Shown: piece by piece, positions 17,398-26,036 of the stretch | Layout of the letters: each line of letters starts with the position of its first letter | Position numbering within the stretch: the first letter of the stretch is position 1 | NCBI GenBank assembly: GCA_963579025.1 | Contig: CAUZFZ010000022.1 | Coordinates: forward strand, 15,459 to 79,458 | Reading direction: 5' to 3' | Source: Planctomycetota bacterium | GTDB taxonomy: Bacteria; Planctomycetota; Planctomycetia; Planctomycetales; Planctomycetaceae | DNA length: 64,000 bases | Program-made: the position numbers and the translations under genes | The notes under the pieces: generated by a model | The model's input: the letters and a program-made list of their open reading frames with translations, nothing else | What the model was told of the DNA's origin: nothing | The model's database searches: none

Positions 17398-19317
17398 ATG
17401 AATTCATTGAAATACATCCCGTTGCCGATTCTTTTTGTTTTCGTCATCGTCACCGTTGTGCCGCGAGCCGTGCTGTCGGCGGCGGAACGGCCGAATTTTG
17501 TGTGGCTGATCTCGGAAGACAACTCGTACCACTATCTCAGGCTATTTGATGATCACGGTGCCCCAACGCCAGCGATCGCGAAGCTGGCCGAGCATGGGCT
17601 GATATTCGAGAACGCGTTTTCCAACAGCCCGGTCTGCTCGGTGGCACGCACGACGCTGATCACCGGCTGTTATGCGCCTCGGATTGGAACTCAGTTCCAT
17701 CGTCGCTCGGTGACAGTCCCGCTACCGGATGGGTTGCAGATGTTTCCGGCATATCTGCGGGACGCGGGGTACTACACGACCAACAAACAGAAGAAGGACT
17801 ACAACGCGATTGAGGGCAATGGTGTCTGGGACGAGTCGTCCAACAAATCGTCATGGAAAAGCCGTGCCGAAGGACAGCCGTTCTTCCATATGCAGAGCTT
17901 TGGGACCACTCATGAAAGCTCGCTGCATTTTTCCGCTCAGGTCATGGCGACGCAAAAAACGGAGACGGACCCAAAGACTGTCTTCGTCGCCCCATATCAC
18001 CCGGACACGCCGACGTTCCGCTACACGAACGCGCGCTATCACGATCGAATCCGTCAGGTGGACGGAGAAATCGGTGCGGTGGTCGAGCAACTCAGGAAAG
18101 ACGATCTGCTGGAAGACACGTTCATCTTCTACTTCGGTGACCACGGAGGAGTGCTCCCACGCGGCAAGGGTTACGCCTACGAAAGCGGGTTGCATGTTCC
18201 GCTCGTCGTCCGAGTACCGGACAACTGGAAACACCTGGCCCCGGCAGATAATGGCACTCGCATCAAGGGCTTCGTCAGCTTTATCGATTTCGGACCGACA
18301 CTGCTGCATCTGGCCGGAGCAGAGGTTCCCGACCAGGTGGACGGAGAACCGTTTCTGGGTAAAGGCATCACAGCTGAGAAGCTAAACAGCCGGGACGAGG
18401 CGTTCGGATACGCAGACCGCTTCGACGAGAAGTACGACCTCGTGCGCACGCTGCGGAAGGGCCGATTCGAGTATGTCCGCAACTACCAGCCATTCAATTT
18501 CGACGGCCTGCAGAACAACTATCGCTATCGCATGCTGGCCTTCACTGAATGGCGCGACCTTTTTCTCGCCGGAAAACTGAATGATGTTCAGAGCCAGTTC
18601 TTTGAAGCTCGCGACGCGGAAGCTCTGTACGACATTGAGACCGATCCTCACGAGACAAAGAACCTGGCTGGTGATCCGGCCTATGCCGAAACTCTGGCAG
18701 ACCTGCGAAAACGACTCGCCGATCGAGTCAAAGGTCTGCCCGATTTGAGTCTGTTCCCCGAAAGCGTTCTCGTGGAGAAGGCATTTGGCAATCCGACGGA
18801 ATTCGGAAAAGCCCACGCCGCCCGCATCGGGCAACTCGTCGATATCGCGGATCTGAGTCTGATTTCGCTCGACGAGGCTCGCGATCGCCTGGTAGCAGCG
18901 ACGCAATCGGACGACCCGTGGAAACGCTATTGGGGCATGATCGTGTGCAGCAGTTACGGAGGTGCCGCCAAACCTTTTGTCAGCATTGCTCGCGACCTGG
19001 CCAGAAATGACCCGGAACGACTTGTTCGAGTCCGCGCCGCAGAGTACCTCGGTCTGACTCGCACTGACGATCCGCGACCAATGATCATGGATGCGCTGCG
19101 TTCCACCAGGTCGAGCGTGGAAGCCAACCTGATCCTCAATTCACTCGTCATGCTCCGCGACGGTCAACCGGGTTATGCGTTCCTGGTCAACGCGAACGAC
19201 ATCGACCCTGCCGCCCGGAAAGGGGACGTCCCGCGAAGACTGGAATACCTCGATCCAACGTTCAAGCCGGCGGCCGTACGCAAGAAAACCGGGAAGGGCA
19301 AGAAGAAAACCAACTGA
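17398..19317 (+). CDS. Sulfatase-family (alkaline-phosphatase superfamily) protein with a C-terminal HEAT-repeat extension
   Basis: Signal peptide MNSLKYIPLPILFVFVIVTVVP. Sulfatase N-domain (NFVWLISEDNS ... FYFGDHGG). The FGly-site region is SPVCSVARTTLITG, which is CxVxR rather than CxPxR. C-terminal HEAT-like repeats (DDPWKRYWGMIVCSSYGG ... VRVRAAEYLGLT). Paralogous to 45430..47328. Confidence 0.85.
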   Translation: MNSLKYIPLPILFVFVIVTVVPRAVLSAAERPNFVWLISEDNSYHYLRLFDDHGAPTPAIAKLAEHGLIFENAFSNSPVCSVARTTLITGCYAPRIGTQFHRRSVTVPLPDGLQMFPAYLRDAGYYTTNKQKKDYNAIEGNGVWDESSNKSSWKSRAEGQPFFHMQSFGTTHESSLHFSAQVMATQKTETDPKTVFVAPYHPDTPTFRYTNARYHDRIRQVDGEIGAVVEQLRKDDLLEDTFIFYFGDHGGVLPRGKGYAYESGLHVPLVVRVPDNWKHLAPADNGTRIKGFVSFIDFGPTLLHLAGAEVPDQVDGEPFLGKGITAEKLNSRDEAFGYADRFDEKYDLVRTLRKGRFEYVRNYQPFNFDGLQNNYRYRMLAFTEWRDLFLAGKLNDVQSQFFEARDAEALYDIETDPHETKNLAGDPAYAETLADLRKRLADRVKGLPDLSLFPESVLVEKAFGNPTEFGKAHAARIGQLVDIADLSLISLDEARDRLVAATQSDDPWKRYWGMIVCSSYGGAAKPFVSIARDLARNDPERLVRVRAAEYLGLTRTDDPRPMIMDALRSTRSSVEANLILNSLVMLRDGQPGYAFLVNANDIDPAARKGDVPRRLEYLDPTFKPAAVRKKTGKGKKKTN

Positions 19318-19318
19318 G

Positions 19319-21547
19319 TCAGTCGACGTACAGAAACGAATTCAGGTTGAACATCGTCAGCGCGAACTCGCGCAGTGGTTGTTCTTTTAGAAAGCGGAGC
19401 ACGGCCAGTTGCTGGGCTGGCGTTGGTTTTCGGCCGGTCGTCACGAGGAATGCCCGCCGGGCCATCTCTTGTGGAGAACGGTCTGTCTCGGACTGCAGTC
19501 GCTCGGCCAGTGCATCGGCCAGGCGATTCGACAACGGGCCGTTGAGAAGTTCCAGTGCCTGAGGCGAATGCGTGGTGGATTCGCGGTGTGAACAGCTTGA
19601 TTGTAGATCCGGCTGGTCGAAGACCTCCATGAAGGGCAGTCGCAGATTGCGTTTGGCGATCAGGTAGATGGTACGGCGATTGTGTTCGAACGAGTCAGTG
19701 GTCACTTCCCATTGAGTCGGCTTGTAGAGCAGTTTGATCAGCTCGGGATCGACTGGCACCATTACACTCTTGCCGCTCAGTTTCGGATTCAGCTCGCCAG
19801 ACACCGTCAGGATCGAATCACGCACTTCTTCGGCCGACAGTCGCCGTCGATTGAACCGCCACAGGAGTGAGTTATCCGCATCGGCCTGCATGCCGGCCTT
19901 GTGGGCGTCGGCGTCGACCACGTGCGATGACTGCTGCCAGGTGCTGCTGGTCAGAATCAGACGATGCAGTGACTTGATGCTCCAGCCACTGTCAACCAAT
20001 CGGTTGGCCAGCCAGTCGAGCAGCTCTGGATGCGTGGGCCGGGAACCGTTGACTCCGAAGTCGTTTGCGGTGGCCTGAATGCCGCGGCCGAAGTGGTAGT
20101 GCCAGATGCGGTTCGCAATGACTCGTGCAGTGAGTGGATTGTCCGGAGCCGTGATCCACCGGGCCAGTTCGGACTTTGGCTCAGAACGATCCGCCGGGAA
20201 GGATTCCGCATTGTTGGCCAGTAGTACTCCTGGAAAACGCATGCCGAGCGATTCACCGGGACGGGTTTCGTCACCACGATCCAGCAGGTGGATACCTGTG
20301 CGACGAGCGGCATCGTCCGACACGCTGAACACAGTCGGGACGGGTTTCGGAAGCTGCTCCTGCAACTCGACCACGCGCGCCTTCAGTCGTGCACGCTCTG
20401 CCTCGTCCGCGTTCGGGATCGTCTGTTTGAGGTCGTAAATCTGTTTCGAGATCGCGTCATGTTGCTGCTTCCAGACAGACCATTCCTCGCGACCCGTTAA
20501 CGGCGCGTCGTACTCATGCGTCGCCGCCATGAAGGCCTGCAACTGGTAGTAGTCCTTCTGCCGGAACGGATCGTAAAAGTGATCGTGACAGCGGGCGCAA
20601 CCAACGGTCAGTCCGATAAACACAGTTCCAACTGCGTTGGCCATTTCTGTCAGCACTTCGTTGCGGCTGAACGCGATCTCCGGGTTTCCGGCATTCCGAC
20701 GCACCGGGCCGAGGCGATGAAACCCGACCGCGATCAGGGCATCGCGCACATCCGGGTTGTTGCGAGGATCGACCTCGCCCGCGCGTGCCGCAATCTCGTC
20801 TCCCGCAAGCTGCTCGGTGGCAAACCGATCGAATGGTCGGTCCTCATTGAATGCCCGCACAACGTAATCGCGGAACCGCCACGCTTCGGCATGATGCCGG
20901 TCGTACTCAAAGCCCTCGGTCTCGGCAAAGCGGACGACGTCCAACCAGTGTTGACCCCACTTCTCGCCGTAATGTGGACTCGCCAGGACTTCGTCCACCA
21001 GCCGTGGCCAGGCGTCGGGCGACGAGTCTTCCAGGAAACGGTCGATCTGCTCCGGTTCAGGGGGGAGCCCCGTGAGATCGAAGACAAGTCGTCGGAGCAG
21101 TATCCGACGTGTCGCCCGCGGTGACGGACTCAGGCCTGCCTCGTGAAGCCGCTGCAGTATGAATGCGTCAACCGGATTGCCGACCCACTCGCGATCGATC
21201 GGCGCATCGAAGGATGGAACATCGGGTCGGGAGCGTGCCTGCAACGACCAGTGACTGCGTTCTTCTTCCGTATAAGTCAGTGATGTGTCGTCCTCGGCGA
21301 ACGCCGCACGGACGGTAAGCAGCAGTGCGATTGGCAGGATGCAGTTGGCACTCAAGGGATTGTTCCTGACGAACGCGGGAATCACTGGAATCCAGTATGA
21401 GCCGAGCCGTTGGAACGGCTGGCTGACGCCAGCTATTCTGCCCGGGTTGTCCTGTTTCGAACAGTCTAAGCATCCGCGTAAAGAACCGACTTCATGATCT
21501 GCGTGAGTATTGGCCGCACACGGCACAAGATGGTTGTCCTCGAGCAT
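19319..21547 (-). CDS. DUF1549 / DUF1553 protein without a PSCyt N-domain. True start is probably downstream of the track start.
   Basis: Motif GCARCHDHFYDPFRQKDYY and the C-terminal DUF1553 region. The signal-like LSANCILPIALLLTVRAAFA is preceded by an in-frame GTG at 21385. The track start at 21547 would overlap the divergent aroDE start by 54 nt. Confidence 0.8.
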   Translation of the reverse strand: MLEDNHLVPCAANTHADHEVGSLRGCLDCSKQDNPGRIAGVSQPFQRLGSYWIPVIPAFVRNNPLSANCILPIALLLTVRAAFAEDDTSLTYTEEERSHWSLQARSRPDVPSFDAPIDREWVGNPVDAFILQRLHEAGLSPSPRATRRILLRRLVFDLTGLPPEPEQIDRFLEDSSPDAWPRLVDEVLASPHYGEKWGQHWLDVVRFAETEGFEYDRHHAEAWRFRDYVVRAFNEDRPFDRFATEQLAGDEIAARAGEVDPRNNPDVRDALIAVGFHRLGPVRRNAGNPEIAFSRNEVLTEMANAVGTVFIGLTVGCARCHDHFYDPFRQKDYYQLQAFMAATHEYDAPLTGREEWSVWKQQHDAISKQIYDLKQTIPNADEAERARLKARVVELQEQLPKPVPTVFSVSDDAARRTGIHLLDRGDETRPGESLGMRFPGVLLANNAESFPADRSEPKSELARWITAPDNPLTARVIANRIWHYHFGRGIQATANDFGVNGSRPTHPELLDWLANRLVDSGWSIKSLHRLILTSSTWQQSSHVVDADAHKAGMQADADNSLLWRFNRRRLSAEEVRDSILTVSGELNPKLSGKSVMVPVDPELIKLLYKPTQWEVTTDSFEHNRRTIYLIAKRNLRLPFMEVFDQPDLQSSCSHRESTTHSPQALELLNGPLSNRLADALAERLQSETDRSPQEMARRAFLVTTGRKPTPAQQLAVLRFLKEQPLREFALTMFNLNSFLYVD

Positions 21548-22993
21548 CGTGCTCTGGCAAAGCGAGGGGCGCAGCTTGTTGAGCTGCGTCTGGACTGGCT
21601 GTCACACATTCCTGACCTCGGCCGATTGATCGCCGATCGTCCGACGCCCGCCATCATTACCTGCCGTCGCCCCGTCGACCGCGGCCGGTGGCGTGGCAGC
21701 GAGGAAGAACGCGTCACGCTGCTGCGCTCCGCGATTGTCGCCGGTGCCGAGTACGTCGACCTTGAGGAAGACATCGCCGGTGACATTCCGCGCTACGGCG
21801 ACACAAAGCGAATCATCAGCTACCACAACTTCGATGAGACTCCCGACGATCTCGAGACGATTCATGCTCAACTGTGTAAGCGTGACCCGGATATCGTCAA
21901 GATTGTGACGATGGCCAACGCGCCGGGCGACATGGCACGCATGCTGCAACTCGTGGAGAAGTCGAGCGTGCCAACGGCCGGGTTCTGCATGGGTGAGATC
22001 GGCATGCCCAGCCGGATTCTGTGCGGCAAATACGGGTCACCATTGACGTACGCGACATTCAGCAGTGATCGAGAACTCGCCCCAGGGCAGCTCTCGTTCG
22101 AGCAAATGCGGGACATCTACCGATACGATGACATCACCGCCGACACGCCGGTGTTTGGAGTTGTGGGCGACCCCATCGCTCAAAGTCTGAGTCCGTTGCT
22201 GCACAATCTGGCTTTCAAAGAGGCCGGAATCGATGCCGTGTATGTGCCGCTGCGAATTCCCCAGGACACGCTGGCGGCATCGCTGCAGGCGCTGGAACCT
22301 CTGCACATCGGAGGCTTCAGCGTCACGATTCCGCACAAGGAAGCCGCTAAAGACTTCGCGCAGCACCCGGACGACAACGTCCGCGTGATCGGAGCAGCCA
22401 ACACGCTCGTCCGGAACGAACTCGATGAGTGGCAAGCCTTCAACACAGACTACGACGCGATCGAGCAGTCGGTGTCCATTGGCCTGAACCCGGACGAACC
22501 GCAGAACGTGAATCTGATGGGGCGGACAGTCATGTTGCTGGGCGCCGGCGGAGCCGCTCGCGCCGCCGCGGTCGCGATGGTTCGAGCCGGAGCCGTTGTG
22601 TCCATTGCCAGTCGCACACACAAGCGAGCCGTTGCACTCGCAGACGAAGTCGGATGTCAGCATTGCACGTGGGAGAACCGCGGCGCCGGCGAACCAAACA
22701 TCCTGATTAACTGCACTCCCGTGGGCATGCATCCGGACATCAACGTCTCACCGTTCGAGAGGCACTGGTTGCGGCAAGAGCAGCTTGTATTCGACACCGT
22801 CTACAATCCCGAACAGACCTTGCTGATCCGACACGCGCGAGAACGCGGCAGTCGGACGGTGACGGGCGTTGAGATGTTTGTCCGCCAGGCCGCTCGTCAA
22901 TTCGAACTCTACACCGGTCGCCCCGGCCCTCTTGATCAAATGAGGGAGACCATGCGATCAGCCATTTCACCCGTCGGCGACCTCCCGATCTGA
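21494..22993 (+). CDS. aroDE: Bifunctional 3-dehydroquinate dehydratase (type I) / shikimate 5-dehydrogenase
   Basis: N-terminal type-I DHQase fold (ICVSIGRT..., IVKIVTMAN). C-terminal AroE (VFGVVGDPIAQSLSPLLHN, LLGAGGAARAAAVAM, NCTPVGM). Confidence 0.85.
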   Translation: MICVSIGRTRHKMVVLEHRALAKRGAQLVELRLDWLSHIPDLGRLIADRPTPAIITCRRPVDRGRWRGSEEERVTLLRSAIVAGAEYVDLEEDIAGDIPRYGDTKRIISYHNFDETPDDLETIHAQLCKRDPDIVKIVTMANAPGDMARMLQLVEKSSVPTAGFCMGEIGMPSRILCGKYGSPLTYATFSSDRELAPGQLSFEQMRDIYRYDDITADTPVFGVVGDPIAQSLSPLLHNLAFKEAGIDAVYVPLRIPQDTLAASLQALEPLHIGGFSVTIPHKEAAKDFAQHPDDNVRVIGAANTLVRNELDEWQAFNTDYDAIEQSVSIGLNPDEPQNVNLMGRTVMLLGAGGAARAAAVAMVRAGAVVSIASRTHKRAVALADEVGCQHCTWENRGAGEPNILINCTPVGMHPDINVSPFERHWLRQEQLVFDTVYNPEQTLLIRHARERGSRTVTGVEMFVRQAARQFELYTGRPGPLDQMRETMRSAISPVGDLPI

Positions 22994-23028
22994 CACGGTC
23001 ACACCACCGATCGACCCGCGAGACACAT

Positions 23029-23994
23029 ATGTCCGTGTTTTCCACAAACGTTCTGTACCGACCCGAAACGCTGCAACAGCGCTTTCTGCCTGAGGGCCCA
23101 TACCCGTACGGCTCAAACAAACTGAGCTGGGTGGCTATTCAGCACGGGGCGGACGCGACTCATGGATCGATAAACATCTTCGATCCAGCCGCCGGAACGA
23201 ATGAGGGATTCGAACTGACCGGCCGTCCTGGTTTCGCGTTTCCAACCGACATGCCAGGAACATTCGTCGTCGGACAGGAAAAACAGGTCGGCCTGTTCGA
23301 TACGAGTACTGGCGGCTGGTCGCACTTCCAGGGGGACCTGGAGCCGGGTGTTGACGGAACGGTGATCAACGACGGAGTCGTATTTTCCGGCGGTCTCGTT
23401 TTCGGTTGCAAGGACCTGAATTTTGCGGAGTCCAAAGCCGGACTATATTTGTGGCGTCGATCGGACCGACAGTTCATTCAACTGCGTAATGACCAGGTCT
23501 GCTCGAACGGGAAGATCGTCACCGGCACCGGCACCGGCACTGGCGATCAGGTGACTCTGCTCGATATCGACACGCCGACGAAGACAGTCGTCCGCTACAC
23601 GCTCGACGTGGCGGCCGGAACATTGTCAGAGCCAGAAATCGTTGTCGATCTGCGCGAACGCACTGACTTCCCCGACGGAATGATCGCCACGCCGGATGCT
23701 CAAGGTGTCATCATTGCCTTTTACAATCCGAACGATGTCGAATTCGGCGAGGCATGCCAGTTCTCTCTGGCCGACGGTTCCGTACAGGCGACCTGGACGA
23801 CCGCCAGATCGCCGCGTGTGACGTGCCCTCAGCTTGTGGATTTCAACGGCCGAATCCAACTGGTCCTGACAACGGCCGACGAAGGCATGACGCCGGAACA
23901 ACAGGCACGGCATGTGAATGCGGGTTGCCTGTTCATTGGTGAGACCGACTTTGATTCACTGCCGGAAACGCCTGTGTTCGAGATTCCGGCGTGA
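23029..23994 (+). CDS. SMP-30 / gluconolactonase / LRE-like beta-propeller protein
   Basis: SGL-family-like composition (LPEGPYPYGSNKLSWVAIQHG ... DGTVINDGVVFSGG ... FPDGMIATPD). Contains an in-frame (ACCGGC)x3 tract encoding TGTGTGTG. Confidence 0.65.
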   Translation: MSVFSTNVLYRPETLQQRFLPEGPYPYGSNKLSWVAIQHGADATHGSINIFDPAAGTNEGFELTGRPGFAFPTDMPGTFVVGQEKQVGLFDTSTGGWSHFQGDLEPGVDGTVINDGVVFSGGLVFGCKDLNFAESKAGLYLWRRSDRQFIQLRNDQVCSNGKIVTGTGTGTGDQVTLLDIDTPTKTVVRYTLDVAAGTLSEPEIVVDLRERTDFPDGMIATPDAQGVIIAFYNPNDVEFGEACQFSLADGSVQATWTTARSPRVTCPQLVDFNGRIQLVLTTADEGMTPEQQARHVNAGCLFIGETDFDSLPETPVFEIPA

Positions 23995-24024
23995 CCATTC
24001 GGCTGTGCTCCAGGAGACCGCACC

Positions 24025-24798
24025 ATGCCTGCAGGTTCGACGCTGACCGGCCGCTTCGTCAGGCACGATCTCATGACAACCGACCAGGCGAAATCCCTGG
24101 CCTTCTATCGGGCACTGTTTCCCGAATGGCAAATCAACAGCATCGAAATGAAGGATGCGGGCACGTACCACGTGATCAGCGTCGGCGGTCAGGATGCGGG
24201 CGGCATTGTTGACTTGCCGCCAAACGCCGGTCTCTCGTCTCACTGGATTCCCTACGTGGCTGTTGATGACTGCGACGCGACCGTGAAGTCCTGCACGGAA
24301 CTTGGAGGCACAACTGTCATACCGTCATTGGGTCTTCCAGGTGTCGGAGTCACTGCTGTACTCCGTGACGATCAGGGCGCCACGTTTAAGCCGTTCCAAC
24401 GGGAACAGGACATCACGCTGTCTGCCGGGAAAGCGTCCGGCCAGTTCACGTTTGACGAACTCCTGACCGTCGACATGTCGAAGGCTCGCAGTTTTTATCA
24501 AACCGTGTTTGGCTGGTCGTCGATTGAAGTGCCGATGGGGGACACGGCCAGCTACGTCCTGTTTCGTGTTGGTGACCAGGACGTTGCCGGCGCGATGGTG
24601 ATGCCGGATGAGGCTCAGGCTTCCCCGCACTGGCTGACGTGTCTCTACGCAGAAGATATCGACGAACGATCGAGGCAGGTCGAAGATCTGGGAGGCATAA
24701 CACACGCGAAACCACGTGACATTCCCGGTGTCGGCCGGTTTGCCGTGCATGCCGATCCCAGCGGAGCCTCGTTCGCGTTGTTCCTGAAACCCCATTGA
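24025..24798 (+). CDS. Two-domain VOC-family (glyoxalase / bleomycin-resistance fold) protein
   Basis: Two tandem ~120-aa halves, each with ...YHVISVGGQDAGGIV / ...YVLFRVGDQDVAGAMV and (S/P)HW(I/L) motifs. Confidence 0.65.
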   Translation: MPAGSTLTGRFVRHDLMTTDQAKSLAFYRALFPEWQINSIEMKDAGTYHVISVGGQDAGGIVDLPPNAGLSSHWIPYVAVDDCDATVKSCTELGGTTVIPSLGLPGVGVTAVLRDDQGATFKPFQREQDITLSAGKASGQFTFDELLTVDMSKARSFYQTVFGWSSIEVPMGDTASYVLFRVGDQDVAGAMVMPDEAQASPHWLTCLYAEDIDERSRQVEDLGGITHAKPRDIPGVGRFAVHADPSGASFALFLKPH

Positions 24799-24844
24799 AT
24801 CAGAACATTCCCACTCCGTTCGCCAAATTCACCGAGACCCTGCC

Positions 24845-26020
24845 ATGCTCAATGCTCCACTCAATCGTCGCCTGCGCATGGCTCTGATTGGAGGCGGAGG
24901 GGCCGGGTTCATTGGCAAGGTTCATCGCACGGCGGCAACGCTCGACGGTCGGGCAGAAGTTGTCGCGGGAGCGTTTTCGTCGGATGCCGTTCGATCGCGC
25001 GAAACAGCTCTCGCGTTCAGCGTCGATCCGCAACGGGCATTCGCCTCGTACACAGATTTGCTGCAGTCGGAACTTAATCGACCCAATGACGAACGCATCG
25101 ACTTCGTCAGCATCGCGACTCCCAACTGGCTGCACTTTCCGATGGCGAAGGCCGCGCTGGAAGCTGGCTTCCATGTCTTCTGTGACAAGCCCATGACGAC
25201 TCGGACGGACCATGCCGAGGAACTCGTGCGACTCGTCCAGAAGAGTGGCCGCGTCTTTGCGTTGACTCACAACTACACCGGTTACCCGCTGGTCCGTCAG
25301 GCCCGCGAGATGATTGCGTCTGGTGAACTCGGCGAAATTCGTGCTGTGCGCGTGAACTACATTCAGGGCTGGATGCGCGGCGTGCAGCCGGAGTCGACGC
25401 CATCGCGCGGAGCATGGAAAGACGACCCCGAGAAGAACGGACCCGCCGCCACAATGGGCGACGTCGGCACGCATGCTTACAACCTGGCCCGGTACATGAG
25501 CGGGCTGCAGCCGGTTGAGATTTCGGCCAACCTGATGACGTACGCCCCCGGCCGGCAGCTTGACGATTACGGCCACGCGCTCGTCCGCTGCGAGAATGAT
25601 GGGTTGATCATGGTCACGGCCAGTCAGGTCACACACGGTCGCCTGAACGATCTGGCTATCGAGATTGACGGCGAGGACGCGTCCCTGTCCTGGCGACAGG
25701 AAGAGCCCAACATGCTGACCGTTCGCAGGTTCGGCGAGCCACAGCACATCTACGACCGGCACCCGGCGGCCGGATACATGAACGAGACGGGCCGAAGCGC
25801 CTGCCGCCTGCCCGCAGGACATCCGGAAGCATTCTTCGAGGCGTTTGCGAACGTCTACGCGGCGGCCTTCGACGACATCGTCGCGCGCATCACCGGGAAC
25901 GAAGCGACGGCTCCCCAGTACCCGACCGTGAACGATGGTCTGGAAGGCGTACGATTCATCGAACAGTCAGTTGCCAGCAGCCAGTCAAACGGTGCATGGC
26001 TGCCTTTGTCCGCCCGTTGA
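24845..26020 (+). CDS. Gfo/Idh/MocA-family NAD(P)-dependent oxidoreductase
   Basis: LRMALIGGGGAGFIGKVH Rossmann N-terminus. IATPNWLHFPMAKAALEAGFHVFCDKP matches the family consensus (E-K-P motif region). Confidence 0.85.
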   Translation: MLNAPLNRRLRMALIGGGGAGFIGKVHRTAATLDGRAEVVAGAFSSDAVRSRETALAFSVDPQRAFASYTDLLQSELNRPNDERIDFVSIATPNWLHFPMAKAALEAGFHVFCDKPMTTRTDHAEELVRLVQKSGRVFALTHNYTGYPLVRQAREMIASGELGEIRAVRVNYIQGWMRGVQPESTPSRGAWKDDPEKNGPAATMGDVGTHAYNLARYMSGLQPVEISANLMTYAPGRQLDDYGHALVRCENDGLIMVTASQVTHGRLNDLAIEIDGEDASLSWRQEEPNMLTVRRFGEPQHIYDRHPAAGYMNETGRSACRLPAGHPEAFFEAFANVYAAAFDDIVARITGNEATAPQYPTVNDGLEGVRFIEQSVASSQSNGAWLPLSAR

Positions 26021-26036
26021 TGCGCCTCGTAAGGTG

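Noticed and set aside
21385-21547. 54-nt overlap between the track start of the DUF1553 gene (21547, minus) and the aroDE start (21494, plus)
   Set aside because: A head-to-head coding overlap is unlikely. The DUF1553 protein's signal peptide begins near an in-frame GTG at 21385, so the 5' extension is probably not translated. I kept the track coordinates but flagged the start.
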